DNA from: Croceivirga sp.
GTDB taxonomy: Bacteria > Bacteroidota > Bacteroidia > Flavobacteriales > Flavobacteriaceae
Length of the DNA stretch: 64,000 bases
Direction of reading: 5' to 3'
NCBI GenBank assembly: GCA_028284665.1
Contig: JANQRG010000020.1
Location: 46,186 to 110,185 of the forward strand
In this document: one piece after another, positions 45,876-55,298 of the stretch
Numbering within the stretch: position 1 is the first letter of the stretch
How the letters are laid out: the number at the start of each line of letters is the position of its first letter
Notes under the pieces: generated by a model
The model's database searches: none
What the model was told of the DNA's origin: nothing
Seen by the model: the letters and a program-made list of their open reading frames with translations, nothing else
Translations under genes and position numbers: made by a program

Positions 45876-46573
45876 TTACGTACGCCATTGTTGATGACGA
45901 GCCTATTGCACATCGTATCATTGAGGGCTATTGCGCGGAATTACCTCATTTAAAGAAGGTGGGCAACGCCTACAATGCTTTTGAAGCTTCTAAAATCATC
46001 TCTCAAAAAAAAGTAGATTTAGTATTCCTGGATATCAACATGCCCAAAATGACAGGTTTTGAATGGTTAAAGACCCTACCAAAACTTCCCGATATAATCG
46101 TTACCTCGGCGTATAAGGAATACGCCCTGGAGGGTTACGAACTGGATGTACTTGATTATTTGCTTAAGCCTTTTTCTCTATCACGGTTTTTACAAGCGGT
46201 CAATAAAGTAAGTAATGCAAAAGAAGAAGCCACAACCAAATCTGCTAAAGTCAGTGATGAACGCAATTATTTTTTTCTAAAGGGCGACAAACAGCGTCAT
46301 CAAGTTCACCTAAAGGATATTCATTACGTTGAGGCTTACGGAAATTACGTGAAGGTATTTTTTACCCATGAAATGATAATTACCCATGAAAAAATATCAA
46401 CCCTGGAAAACCTACTCCCAAAAGAGCATTTTTTGCGGGTACATAAGTCCTTTATTGTGTCGCTAGATAAGATACAGCGCATCCGTGGTAATCAAATCTT
46501 CCTGGAAAACCACAAGATTCCTATTGGTCAGACGTATAGGGCGGGAATTAACCGTTTGTTGGGTGGAAATTGA
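45872..46573 (+). CDS. LytTR family response regulator
   Basis: The receiver domain has DDE...DLVFLDINMP and the C-terminal LytTR domain has I.YVEAYGNYVK.....RVHKSFIV. It overlaps the kinase gene by 4 nt. Confidence 0.9.
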   Translation: MITYAIVDDEPIAHRIIEGYCAELPHLKKVGNAYNAFEASKIISQKKVDLVFLDINMPKMTGFEWLKTLPKLPDIIVTSAYKEYALEGYELDVLDYLLKPFSLSRFLQAVNKVSNAKEEATTKSAKVSDERNYFFLKGDKQRHQVHLKDIHYVEAYGNYVKVFFTHEMIITHEKISTLENLLPKEHFLRVHKSFIVSLDKIQRIRGNQIFLENHKIPIGQTYRAGINRLLGGN

Positions 46574-46642
46574 TCCAATAATGGATTAACCTCATAAGAA
46601 GATTTTAGTATGATTGCAATTGATGTTATTAGGCTAATCGAA

Positions 46643-48559
46643 TTATAACCGCTCTATATAAATATCTTTCTTGGTATAGGTATAGATGATATTTTCCACT
46701 TGGTCAATCACAAATTTCTTTTCTTCCCCTAACTGTTTTATTACTTCTTCCTTGCCTGTCGGAATGTGCAAACGAATGACCTCCTTGGTCTTGTTTTCCT
46801 TTGGGGCTACTATCAGTATAGAATGTTCCCCTTGTTTACCTTTTTTAATTCGGTTAAATACGGTTTGCAGCCCGGAACTAAAGCCGAGTTCCTCCAGGTT
46901 GGAAACCACTTTTTTAGGATCCTGATACAATTGGTACGAACCATATACGCTTGATCCCAAATTCGTCAAAATACCAAGGTTGCCGGAAGCCATCGTACTG
47001 GTAAAACTTTCGATGGTCTGATTGTAAATAAAGGAAGTTGCCGCTCTATAAGTACCCAGGCCGCGCTTTATATAGTATAGGGATTCCCTGAAAATTGATG
47101 ACCCCTCATTGGAAGCATACTTTTTCTGATACATCAAATCACCCGATACATTAAATAGAAAGTACTGATTGTCATGGCTTAGAAAATAGCCATATGCTCC
47201 CATTTGGAGACGGGGAAGGGATTTTCCAAAATTGAAAGTGTGAATAGATTGAGGTGTTTGTTTTGCACTTCCATTCAGCAGATAGAGTTGCTTGTCGCTG
47301 TATACCGGATACTGCTTGGCAATACTATCGTACCAGATACGATGGGTAGGGAGTTTGAGCTTAAGGTTTCTCGAAATGAAATCAGCATCATTTAGGATAA
47401 GATCATCCCAAAACTTTTCGCCATTGGAAATGGCTATTTTATTGGCTCTGGAAGGAGTGATATAAATAGCAGTGGTATCCGACTCAAACAGGTATACCGG
47501 TCGTTCATCGTTGGAAAGTGAGATTTTCAAGGGTGATTCCCATGCTTTTTTCCCATTCTTCCCGATGCGCGATAAAAACTTTTCTTGCACTACCAAAAAC
47601 CCTCGTTCGATAGGGACGATCTTTTTTATAAGGGGAAGGGACTCCATAACCTCCCACTGTTTATTCCCTTTGCTGTCAATGATGTTAAATCCGTTGGAGG
47701 TAATGGTGATCATTTTATCTCCGTCAAAGGCGGTTTCCCGTATAGCTCCTTTCATTTTCGCCGTGCTATTCCATACCGGTTGCATTCTTTGAACGGAATG
47801 GGCCATTATTGCTGTTTCGCGCTTGAGTTTTTCCGTCTCACTGGTATTGGAAAATATGTAGATCACATCTTTTGAGGTGTTGATCGCGACGTTCTCGACC
47901 TTCTCTTGCTGATAGGATATTTCCCCGGAAACGGCGTTGATCTGTAGCAAGTAGTTGTTTCGCAACCAAAAAACGTTCTGATCCTTGTCCAGGAGGATTT
48001 TTTCCTGTTCAAAAAGGGTGCCCTTTAGGTTGTTGAAAAAGGAAGAATGGGTAAGATCAATTTGCCACACCATTTTCTGGTCATCAGTACTATATAGGGC
48101 CACCGCTAATTCCTTATCCTTAATGCCGTCTACAAGTACGGCCTTATGTTCAGGGATCAGCAGGGTACGGTTAACCGATTTGAATCCAACCGCTTCAGAA
48201 TCAAAGAGCACTTTGCCAGTACTACTATTTACTATCCTACGGGAAGTACCCTTAGCATTAACCGTGTTAGAGAGGAACTTGGAGTTGACCACGGGTTTGC
48301 TTTCGAAAACGACTAAGGGAGTAAAAGGGATCTCACGATAGGATGTAAAATCGACCTTACCTAAGGCATTATTTTCCCATGCTATTGATTGGCTATTGGG
48401 ACTGATACCATAGAGTCCGTCTCCGGTTCTCGCTAGGAGTACCCCAGTGTTGGCATTGATAACAATATCTTTGATCGTATTAGGGAGCTCAATTTTCTTT
48501 TGGGGATACCCGCTATGTAATCCCGAAAAGATCAGGATGCTCAAAACTATGTGTCTCAT
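46643..48559 (-). CDS. Hypothetical exported protein, 638 aa (repeat/propeller-like)
   Basis: It has a signal peptide (ILIFSGLHSGYPQ). Recurrent short beta-strand repeats with W (K.VW...L, KQWE, KAWE) hint at a beta-propeller. I cannot make a family call. Confidence 0.6.
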   Translation of the reverse strand: MRHIVLSILIFSGLHSGYPQKKIELPNTIKDIVINANTGVLLARTGDGLYGISPNSQSIAWENNALGKVDFTSYREIPFTPLVVFESKPVVNSKFLSNTVNAKGTSRRIVNSSTGKVLFDSEAVGFKSVNRTLLIPEHKAVLVDGIKDKELAVALYSTDDQKMVWQIDLTHSSFFNNLKGTLFEQEKILLDKDQNVFWLRNNYLLQINAVSGEISYQQEKVENVAINTSKDVIYIFSNTSETEKLKRETAIMAHSVQRMQPVWNSTAKMKGAIRETAFDGDKMITITSNGFNIIDSKGNKQWEVMESLPLIKKIVPIERGFLVVQEKFLSRIGKNGKKAWESPLKISLSNDERPVYLFESDTTAIYITPSRANKIAISNGEKFWDDLILNDADFISRNLKLKLPTHRIWYDSIAKQYPVYSDKQLYLLNGSAKQTPQSIHTFNFGKSLPRLQMGAYGYFLSHDNQYFLFNVSGDLMYQKKYASNEGSSIFRESLYYIKRGLGTYRAATSFIYNQTIESFTSTMASGNLGILTNLGSSVYGSYQLYQDPKKVVSNLEELGFSSGLQTVFNRIKKGKQGEHSILIVAPKENKTKEVIRLHIPTGKEEVIKQLGEEKKFVIDQVENIIYTYTKKDIYIERL

Positions 48560-48793
48560 AGGTTTTGCATTTTACGTTGCCAATCAGCATAGTATAAGTA
48601 ATGCCACGACTTAAAATTAACAAACAATCAAGTATACCGAACAAAGCATTGGATTATAAGGATTTGATAATTCTGTTTGGGCTTCGTTTCGTAGTGCCGA
48701 GATAATTTGTGGTATCCTTCTTAGGAATCTCTTGCAACAACTCCGGGAATTCTTGCAGCAGTTTTCATGATCATGCCGGGTTGATTCCTGAGC

Positions 48794-48826
48794 AAAAAGG
48801 CGCCGCTAATTTAGCGGCGCTTTTTT
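48794..48826. terminator. Bidirectional intrinsic terminator downstream of the blaI-blaR1-like operon
   Basis: AAAAAG-GCGCCGCTA-att-TAGCGGCGC-TTTTTT is a perfect 9-bp GC-rich stem with a 3-nt loop. An A5 run precedes it and a T6 run follows. Confidence 0.8.
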
Positions 48827-48933
48827 ACCCTATAATGATATTAAAAGGGTAAGATCTATAAGATATCTATTACGAATTTCTCTTTTTGTTACAACTTCCC
48901 CTGCTAAGACCCTGCCCTGGTTATTAGCGATTA

Positions 48934-50529
48934 CTAATCGCTTTCGTATTGCTTCAATAGCGCTATCATGCGTTTATCTTTTGCCATACGTGCATGGTAC
49001 ATGGGATATTCATCCCCTGGAGAGGCAAGGTAGGGATCTGCATTGTTCTCCAATAGTAGTTTTGCGACTTCGTAATGTCCTCTTTTGGCTGCACAAATAA
49101 GGGGTGTGCCATCACCGCTTACCTGCCCGTTGACGTCCGCATTTTTGGAGATCAGGTATTTTGCAATTTCCAGATGCCCCTCTCTTGATGCAACTAAAAG
49201 TGCTGTGCCATCTCCACTCACCTTTCTATTAACATCGGCGCCTTGCTCCATTAAATACGTCACAAATTCAATATGTCCATTTTCTGAAGCCGCCATTAGT
49301 GGAGATTCATCGGAATCATGGTGGTATTCTATATCGGCATTTGCTTCTACTAATAGCTTTCCGATCTGAAGATCGCCACTTCTTGCGGCGGCCACAAGGG
49401 GAGTTCGGGGTTCACCATTCTTGTTGTACATACAGTCAGGATCTACAGTTTCCAGCAATTGTTTCACCAGAGATACATTTTGGTCCTTAACTGCCCTGAG
49501 CAGTTCACGACAGTCTTTCGTGCCAACGGCTTTGTTTCCGTTCTCTTCATGCTGAGGAACAGCTACCGGGTTATACTTTGAAGGGATAGCTTCCAGTGGG
49601 GTGTTCATGGAAAGTAGCATGACCAATACGATTGGTGCAATAAAAGCATACTTCCAATAATTGTGCGGATTTGATTTTTTTGTACTCATTTTTAAAATTC
49701 TTTTTTTGATTAATGACTGATTGTAATTTGTTGTGATTGCAAGGGGTTTTTGTAAAGCGGCTATCTTTAAAAGATTCATTTGATAGCTTTTCTTTTTGAC
49801 GGATTCCCTTTCTACCAAAAGGTTATCGGTTTCATATTCTATGTTTTTCTCCACTTCCTTTCTAAAAAACCAGATAAAAGGATTAAACCACAGTAGTATT
49901 ATTGCGATTTCGGAAAGGAGTAAGTCAATGGAGTGCCATTTTCGAACATGAATTCTTTCATGAGCAATGATTTGCTCATAGGTGTCATAATCATAGTTTT
50001 CCGGGTTGATGAAAACATACTTAAAAAAAGAACAGGGCTCTTTAATACGGGAACTGCTTACAATAACATATCCGGTATCTTTTATTTTTTCAGTTGCTCT
50101 GAATACCAGAATAAGTAAGCTGACTATTTGAATGAAAAGCGTTAAGGATAAAATAATAACCCCGAAGAAATAGATCAACGTGATCCAGTAATAAAGTCCT
50201 CTTTCCGAATGGACAACATATTGATCCGTGTTGGGGGAACTATTTTGAGGAGGATTAACCGTTGTAGCACTGCTTTGTTGCGCTGAACCCGTTTCCTGTG
50301 TTAAGGATATTGTTGGCCGATCATCAACTTGTACTAGTGTCTTTGCTATAAACCCTTGATCCTGCACAAGTTTAGGAAGCGATATGAACGGCAAAATAAA
50401 AGTTAATGCAAGGCATGCCAAAAGATAGATCCGGTTAGCTGTAAAAAAGCTCTCCCTTTCCAAAAGGGTTTTGTAGAAAACAAAAAGAACAGCAATAATC
50501 AACGAGGACTTTATTAAAAACACAAGCAT
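48934..50529 (-). CDS. BlaR1-type M56 peptidase signal transducer with C-terminal ankyrin repeats
   Basis: TM helices are followed by the HExxH-type motif AHERIHVRKWHS and a further TM helix. After that come at least 4 ankyrin repeats (TPLVAAARSGDLQIGKLLVEANAD, SPLMAASENGHIEFVTYLMEQGADVN, TALLVASREGHLEIAKYLISKNADVN, TPLICAAKRGHYEVAKLLLENNADP). Confidence 0.8.
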   Translation of the reverse strand: MLVFLIKSSLIIAVLFVFYKTLLERESFFTANRIYLLACLALTFILPFISLPKLVQDQGFIAKTLVQVDDRPTISLTQETGSAQQSSATTVNPPQNSSPNTDQYVVHSERGLYYWITLIYFFGVIILSLTLFIQIVSLLILVFRATEKIKDTGYVIVSSSRIKEPCSFFKYVFINPENYDYDTYEQIIAHERIHVRKWHSIDLLLSEIAIILLWFNPFIWFFRKEVEKNIEYETDNLLVERESVKKKSYQMNLLKIAALQKPLAITTNYNQSLIKKRILKMSTKKSNPHNYWKYAFIAPIVLVMLLSMNTPLEAIPSKYNPVAVPQHEENGNKAVGTKDCRELLRAVKDQNVSLVKQLLETVDPDCMYNKNGEPRTPLVAAARSGDLQIGKLLVEANADIEYHHDSDESPLMAASENGHIEFVTYLMEQGADVNRKVSGDGTALLVASREGHLEIAKYLISKNADVNGQVSGDGTPLICAAKRGHYEVAKLLLENNADPYLASPGDEYPMYHARMAKDKRMIALLKQYESD

Positions 50530-50532
50530 GAT

Positions 50533-50895
50533 CTACGGTTTTTGGGATTTAATGATTTTCATTAACTCTTCTATTTCCGCATCGCTTAGCTTTTCCTTTT
50601 TCGCAAAGTGGGCGATCATTTTTGGAAAGGAATTCCCAAAATAGTGCTTCTTTATATTCAGGAGATGCTCGTCGCGGTATTGCTCAAAATCAACTGCGGG
50701 GCGGTATTGATGCGTATTTCCCAACATTTCAGAAGTAAGAAATCCTTTTTTAACCAGTATTTTGACAATGGTAGCTACGGTATTGTAATGCGGTTTGGGT
50801 TCCGGAAGCGCTTTAATTATGTCGCGAATAAAAACAGTTTCCAGCCGCCAGACGATCTGCATAATTTCCTCCTCTCTTTTTGCAAGTCGATTCAT
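50533..50895 (-). CDS. BlaI/MecI/CopY family transcriptional repressor
   Basis: It has the winged-helix N-terminus EEEIMQIVW......RDI.......KPHYNTV.T....L..KGF. It lies 3 nt upstream of the M56 gene. I preferred ATG 50895 to the TTG at 50916. Confidence 0.85.
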   Translation of the reverse strand: MNRLAKREEEIMQIVWRLETVFIRDIIKALPEPKPHYNTVATIVKILVKKGFLTSEMLGNTHQYRPAVDFEQYRDEHLLNIKKHYFGNSFPKMIAHFAKKEKLSDAEIEELMKIIKSQKP

Positions 50896-50916
50896 ATCGA
50901 TATGTTTGAAAAGCAA

Positions 50917-50955
50917 AACTACTAATTATTTAGTAGTTATACTAATTTGTTAGTA
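50917..50955. promoter_or_regulatory. Tandem palindromes upstream of the blaI-like gene (candidate BlaI operators)
   Basis: AACTACTAattattTAGTAGTT (8-bp arms, 50917-50938) is followed by TACTAAtttgTTAGTA (6-bp arms, 50940-55). The first overlaps a TAGTTTTG -7 box at 50914-50921 on the minus strand, 18 nt upstream of ATG 50895. Confidence 0.6.
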
Positions 50956-51088
50956 GTTTTTACTTTTTTTAGTATGGGGAGCAGATTTGACCAGAAAGTT
51001 TTATTGGCTAAATCACCCTTATGATGATACTTTCCCTATAGCTATCGGGTAGGGGTTGAAGTCGGAAATAAAGACCTATGTGCGCTGT

Positions 51089-52807
51089 TTACTTCAAAAA
51101 CACTTCCATTCCTGAAACCAGAAAGACCACTGGGGCATTCCAGTTGATTGCCGTTTCATTGGTGGAGTAACTGCATTCCGTATCCGTATAGGAGGCCGCC
51201 GGGAAGGTACTGCGTACGACGTTTTCGGACTCACAATCATTTAAAACAATAGTATTGGGCCCTCCCACGATATAACCCGGGATGGGTTCTTTTATACCAT
51301 CAGCAGATATGATCCTGTTATGGGGATACTGTGGCGTTTTGGCACCGAATCCGGTTACAAACGAATACCCGGTTGCGTTTCTCCCCATGAGGTAATCCAG
51401 ATCGTTTTGTGCAGATACGGCATACTTTTGATCTCCCGTTAGGGAATACGCCACTAACTTGAGCATTCCGTCGTTGGCCACATCAGAATTACTGCCCCAG
51501 GCGTAGGCATCCATACTGATCAGATAGGGGGAGGCCTGCTCTTTTTCCAGCATCTCATCAGTATACGAAATAAAGTCGTTCTCCATTTGTTCAAATTCCG
51601 GGCGTTTATCCGATGTCAATACGGAGATTACTCCGAGGGGATGGACCACATCCCATTTGGGGGTAGTAGGCTTTTGATAATTTACCAGCATCGCTTCTTT
51701 GTATTTGCCCTTGCCTGTGAGGAGATACAGTTCCGAAGCCGCCCAAAAACGCTCGTCTACATAGGTGGTGTCCGGGTAAGCCCCTGTTGAGATATCCGCG
51801 GGCTGCTCATAAAACGAATTCGGATGTTGAACCGCCCAATCCCAGGCCCTGGTTGCACTTTGCTCCATTTCATCAGCAAGCTCAGTTAACTGATATTCCC
51901 GAACGATACGAGAGGCGGTAGCTATGGTAGCCGCGTAATCAAGAGCAGCAGAAGTACTTTTTTGCACCACATACCGTTGCTTGTTCGTTTTGTGCGGCAT
52001 GATGAAGTCATCAAAATTTTTGGTAGTGAGTTTATGATATACCCCGCCATCCCCCGGGTCCTGCATGGTCATCATCCAGGAGAGGTTAACCAGGGTTTCA
52101 TCAAGGATATCCGGTACCGCATTGGACGATTCCGGGATATTGAGGCTCTGGCTTTTATGATATTCTAAATTCAATTTAAGACTCTGGAGCAATGTCCATG
52201 TGGTGATACTACTGTTTACAATGTATTTGCCGTAATCCCCGGCATCATACCAACCGCCTGGTGAAGAGAGGGTGCTGCCGGCAGGCCGGGATGTATCCGA
52301 TGCCGATTTATGAACCATAACCAGCGTATCCGGATGTCCTGCAGGTCTTTGCCATTGTCCTCCAAATGCGCTATCAATAGCTACGCCACATCGTGCATAG
52401 TAATATGATTTTAAAGCGGCATCGGCCAGTTCGGCATATAAATCAGTTCCTATTGTAAAGGGATAGGAACAGAGCGTATCATTGACACATAACTTGTACT
52501 CTCCGGGTTTTGAGAAAGCGGTGAAATCGGCTACCCGGACCGAATCACCGGAAAGATGCCAATACTTCGGTTGTGGGGTGTTGCCATTAAAAACAGTTTC
52601 TCCCTTAAGGTCTAGTATTTTAAAAGTAGCTGCAGGCAATCGTATCAGGGCCTTTTTTGGAGCATCGACAGGATATCCGATCTGGTTGATAAGAATATCT
52701 TCCGAAGTCGTGGATCTTTTTTCCGAGGTGCCGCTTGAGCATCCAAGGTTGAATGCCAGAGCTGCAGATAACAACAAAAAGCTTACTCTTACGTCTATCA
52801 TGTTCAA
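51089..52807 (-). CDS. Glycoside hydrolase family 9 endoglucanase-like lipoprotein
   Basis: It has the lipobox LAFNLGC, an Ig-like N-terminal domain, the GH9 signatures GGWYDAGDYGKY and DERFWAASELY, and GYIVGGPN. Confidence 0.85.
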   Translation of the reverse strand: MNMIDVRVSFLLLSAALAFNLGCSSGTSEKRSTTSEDILINQIGYPVDAPKKALIRLPAATFKILDLKGETVFNGNTPQPKYWHLSGDSVRVADFTAFSKPGEYKLCVNDTLCSYPFTIGTDLYAELADAALKSYYYARCGVAIDSAFGGQWQRPAGHPDTLVMVHKSASDTSRPAGSTLSSPGGWYDAGDYGKYIVNSSITTWTLLQSLKLNLEYHKSQSLNIPESSNAVPDILDETLVNLSWMMTMQDPGDGGVYHKLTTKNFDDFIMPHKTNKQRYVVQKSTSAALDYAATIATASRIVREYQLTELADEMEQSATRAWDWAVQHPNSFYEQPADISTGAYPDTTYVDERFWAASELYLLTGKGKYKEAMLVNYQKPTTPKWDVVHPLGVISVLTSDKRPEFEQMENDFISYTDEMLEKEQASPYLISMDAYAWGSNSDVANDGMLKLVAYSLTGDQKYAVSAQNDLDYLMGRNATGYSFVTGFGAKTPQYPHNRIISADGIKEPIPGYIVGGPNTIVLNDCESENVVRSTFPAASYTDTECSYSTNETAINWNAPVVFLVSGMEVFLK

Positions 52808-52811
52808 TTTT

Positions 52812-55250
52812 TTATCCTAGTTCAACTTCTATTTTGTAATGGCCATGGGGGAGAACAGGGAGTATATTCTTTCCCATTTGCTCTTTTCCGTCAATTCGTA
52901 GCGCTTTAACACCTTTATTCACATGATTCGGATTTTTCACAGTAATAGCATAGGTAGCACCACGGAATTTTCGTGTTACCTCAAAGGATCCCCAATCTGC
53001 TGGAATACAGGGATCAATTTCCAGTCCTTCATAGGTTGGGCGAATGCCGAGAATGTACTGACTTATGGTATAGAAGTTCCAGGCGGCTGTACCTGTTAAC
53101 CATGAATTCTTTGCCTCACCGGGTTTGAAAGCATCTTTTCCGGCGATCATTTGCGAATACACATAGGGTTCAGTTTTGTGTAGCTCGCTGATCTCTTCCA
53201 GATAAGCGGGGCATATTTTTTTGAAATATTCCCAGGCCTGGTCCCCACGTCCTAAAACGGTCTCCCCAATGATAATCCAGGGATTGTTGTGGCAGAATAT
53301 CCCGGCATTTTCCTTATACCCTTCAGGGTAGGTGGAAATCTCACCATATTCAATATAGTACTTCGTATACGCCGGATTGTTCAGCACAATACCGTATTCG
53401 CAATCCAATTTTTCCTTTACCGAGTCGAGTGCTTTTTCCACCAGGCCCTCTTTAAGGCCAATACCCGCCATGCTACACCAGCCATTTGATTCGATAAAGA
53501 TCTGTCCCTCTTCGTTTTCCTGACTTCCGATCTTATCGCCGAAGAAATCATAGGCTCTTAAAAACCACGCTCCATCCCAGCCGTGTTCTTTTATGGCCTC
53601 AACCATGCGATCCACATGCTGTTGGGCTCTTTCCGCTTCCCGGGCTTTCTTTAAAACCTTACATAATTCAACATATTCCCGGCCATAGACTGCAAAAAGC
53701 CCGGCGATCATCAGCGACTCTGCCTTGCTGCCTGTTGTCTGGTTTTCCGTGGTTTGGAAGGACTCATTAGGATCATTGGAAAAACAATTCAGGTTAAGGC
53801 AGTCGTTCCAATCCGCTCTGCCGATTGAGGGCAGTCCGTGCGGCCCTAAATTGTTCACCACATGATCAAAGGAAACCGTCAGATGGTGAAATAAGGGTTG
53901 TGCCAGGCTGTCATCGTTATCATAGGGTACCTGTTCATCCAGGATGGCCCAATCCCCGGTCTCTTTAATGTATGCAGTGGTTCCTAAAATCAGCCATAAT
54001 GGATCGTCGTTAAATCCACTCCCGATATCGTTATTCCCCTTCTTGGTAAGGGGTTGGTATTGATGATAGCAACTGCCGTCCGGAAACTGCGTGGAGGCAA
54101 TATCAATGATCCGTTCCCGGGCTCGTTCCGGTATTTGGTGTACAAAGCCAATCAAATCCTGATTGGAATCACGGAATCCCATACCGCGCCCAATACCACT
54201 TTCGAAGAAGGAAGCCGATCTTGAGAAACAGAAAGTGATCATACACTGGTACTGATTCCAGATATTTACCATACGATCCAGCTTCTCATCTCCCGTAGTT
54301 ACGGTATACACACTGAGCAGTTCGTTCCAGTAGGCTTTGAGTTCCGCCAGCGCCGCATCCACTTTCTCAACAGTATTGAATTTTTCAATAAGGAGATGGG
54401 CTTTCTTCTTGTTGATGACGCCTTTTGACGCCCACTTTTCTTGTTCTTCGTTTTCCACATATCCCAGGATAAACACCAGGTCCCTGGAGGCTCCGGGTTG
54501 AAGCTCCAGCTCGATGTAGTGAGAGGCAATGGGCGACCAACCATGGGCTTCACTCATCCTGGGTTGGCCATCAATAACCGCCTGGGGCTCATGAAAACCG
54601 TTATACAGCCCCATAAATGATTCACGGTCGGTGTCATAGCCATCAATAGGGGTGTTGACCGAATAAAACGCATAATGATTTCTGCGTTCCCGGTATTCCG
54701 TTTTGTGATACAATGTGGAGCCCTCAATTTCTACCTCGCCGGTTGAAAAGTTACGCTGGAAGTTTTCCATGTCCGAAACGGCATTCCAAAGCGCCCATTC
54801 CGTAAAAGAAAACAGTTTCAGGCTTTTGGGTGATTTTGTGGTATTGGTCAGTGTTAACTTCTGAACTTCCGCATGGGTGTTAAGGGGAACAAAAAACAAA
54901 GCCTCCGCCGAAATGCCGTCTTTTTCACCCCGGATTCGGGTATAGTTCATTCCATGTCGGCATTCATAGGCATCAAGGGCTGTCTTACAGGGTTTCCAGC
55001 CCGGTGACCAAAAAGTATCCCCGTCCTTGATATAGAAATACCGACCTCCCGAATCCATGGGGACGTTATTGTAGCGGTATCGTGTTAACCTTCGGAATTT
55101 GGTATCCATATAAAAGGAATACCCGCCTGCGGTATTTGAAATAAGCGAAAAAAAGTCTTTATTACCCAGGTAATTGATCCAGGGCCATGGGGTTGCGGGA
55201 TCGGTGATTACGTATTCCCGGTTATCGTCGTCAAAATATCCAAATTTCAT
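52812..55250 (-). CDS. GH94 glycoside phosphorylase (cellobiose/cellodextrin phosphorylase-like)
   Basis: The N-terminus [29 protein letters not shown] closely resembles characterised cellobiose phosphorylases. The 812-aa protein has no signal peptide and carries RADWNDCLN and GWCSMAG blocks. Confidence 0.9.
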   Translation of the reverse strand: MKFGYFDDDNREYVITDPATPWPWINYLGNKDFFSLISNTAGGYSFYMDTKFRRLTRYRYNNVPMDSGGRYFYIKDGDTFWSPGWKPCKTALDAYECRHGMNYTRIRGEKDGISAEALFFVPLNTHAEVQKLTLTNTTKSPKSLKLFSFTEWALWNAVSDMENFQRNFSTGEVEIEGSTLYHKTEYRERRNHYAFYSVNTPIDGYDTDRESFMGLYNGFHEPQAVIDGQPRMSEAHGWSPIASHYIELELQPGASRDLVFILGYVENEEQEKWASKGVINKKKAHLLIEKFNTVEKVDAALAELKAYWNELLSVYTVTTGDEKLDRMVNIWNQYQCMITFCFSRSASFFESGIGRGMGFRDSNQDLIGFVHQIPERARERIIDIASTQFPDGSCYHQYQPLTKKGNNDIGSGFNDDPLWLILGTTAYIKETGDWAILDEQVPYDNDDSLAQPLFHHLTVSFDHVVNNLGPHGLPSIGRADWNDCLNLNCFSNDPNESFQTTENQTTGSKAESLMIAGLFAVYGREYVELCKVLKKAREAERAQQHVDRMVEAIKEHGWDGAWFLRAYDFFGDKIGSQENEEGQIFIESNGWCSMAGIGLKEGLVEKALDSVKEKLDCEYGIVLNNPAYTKYYIEYGEISTYPEGYKENAGIFCHNNPWIIIGETVLGRGDQAWEYFKKICPAYLEEISELHKTEPYVYSQMIAGKDAFKPGEAKNSWLTGTAAWNFYTISQYILGIRPTYEGLEIDPCIPADWGSFEVTRKFRGATYAITVKNPNHVNKGVKALRIDGKEQMGKNILPVLPHGHYKIEVELG

Positions 55251-55298
55251 ATCGCGTGCTATAGGTTTTAAACTTTATTTGGGGGTTTCAATACGTTA

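Noticed and set aside
48924-48940. The palindrome AGCGATTAcTAATCGCT spanning the stop codon of the blaR1-like gene.
   Set aside because: The loop would be at most 1-3 nt and no T-run follows. The strong terminator at 48794-48826 already accounts for termination.
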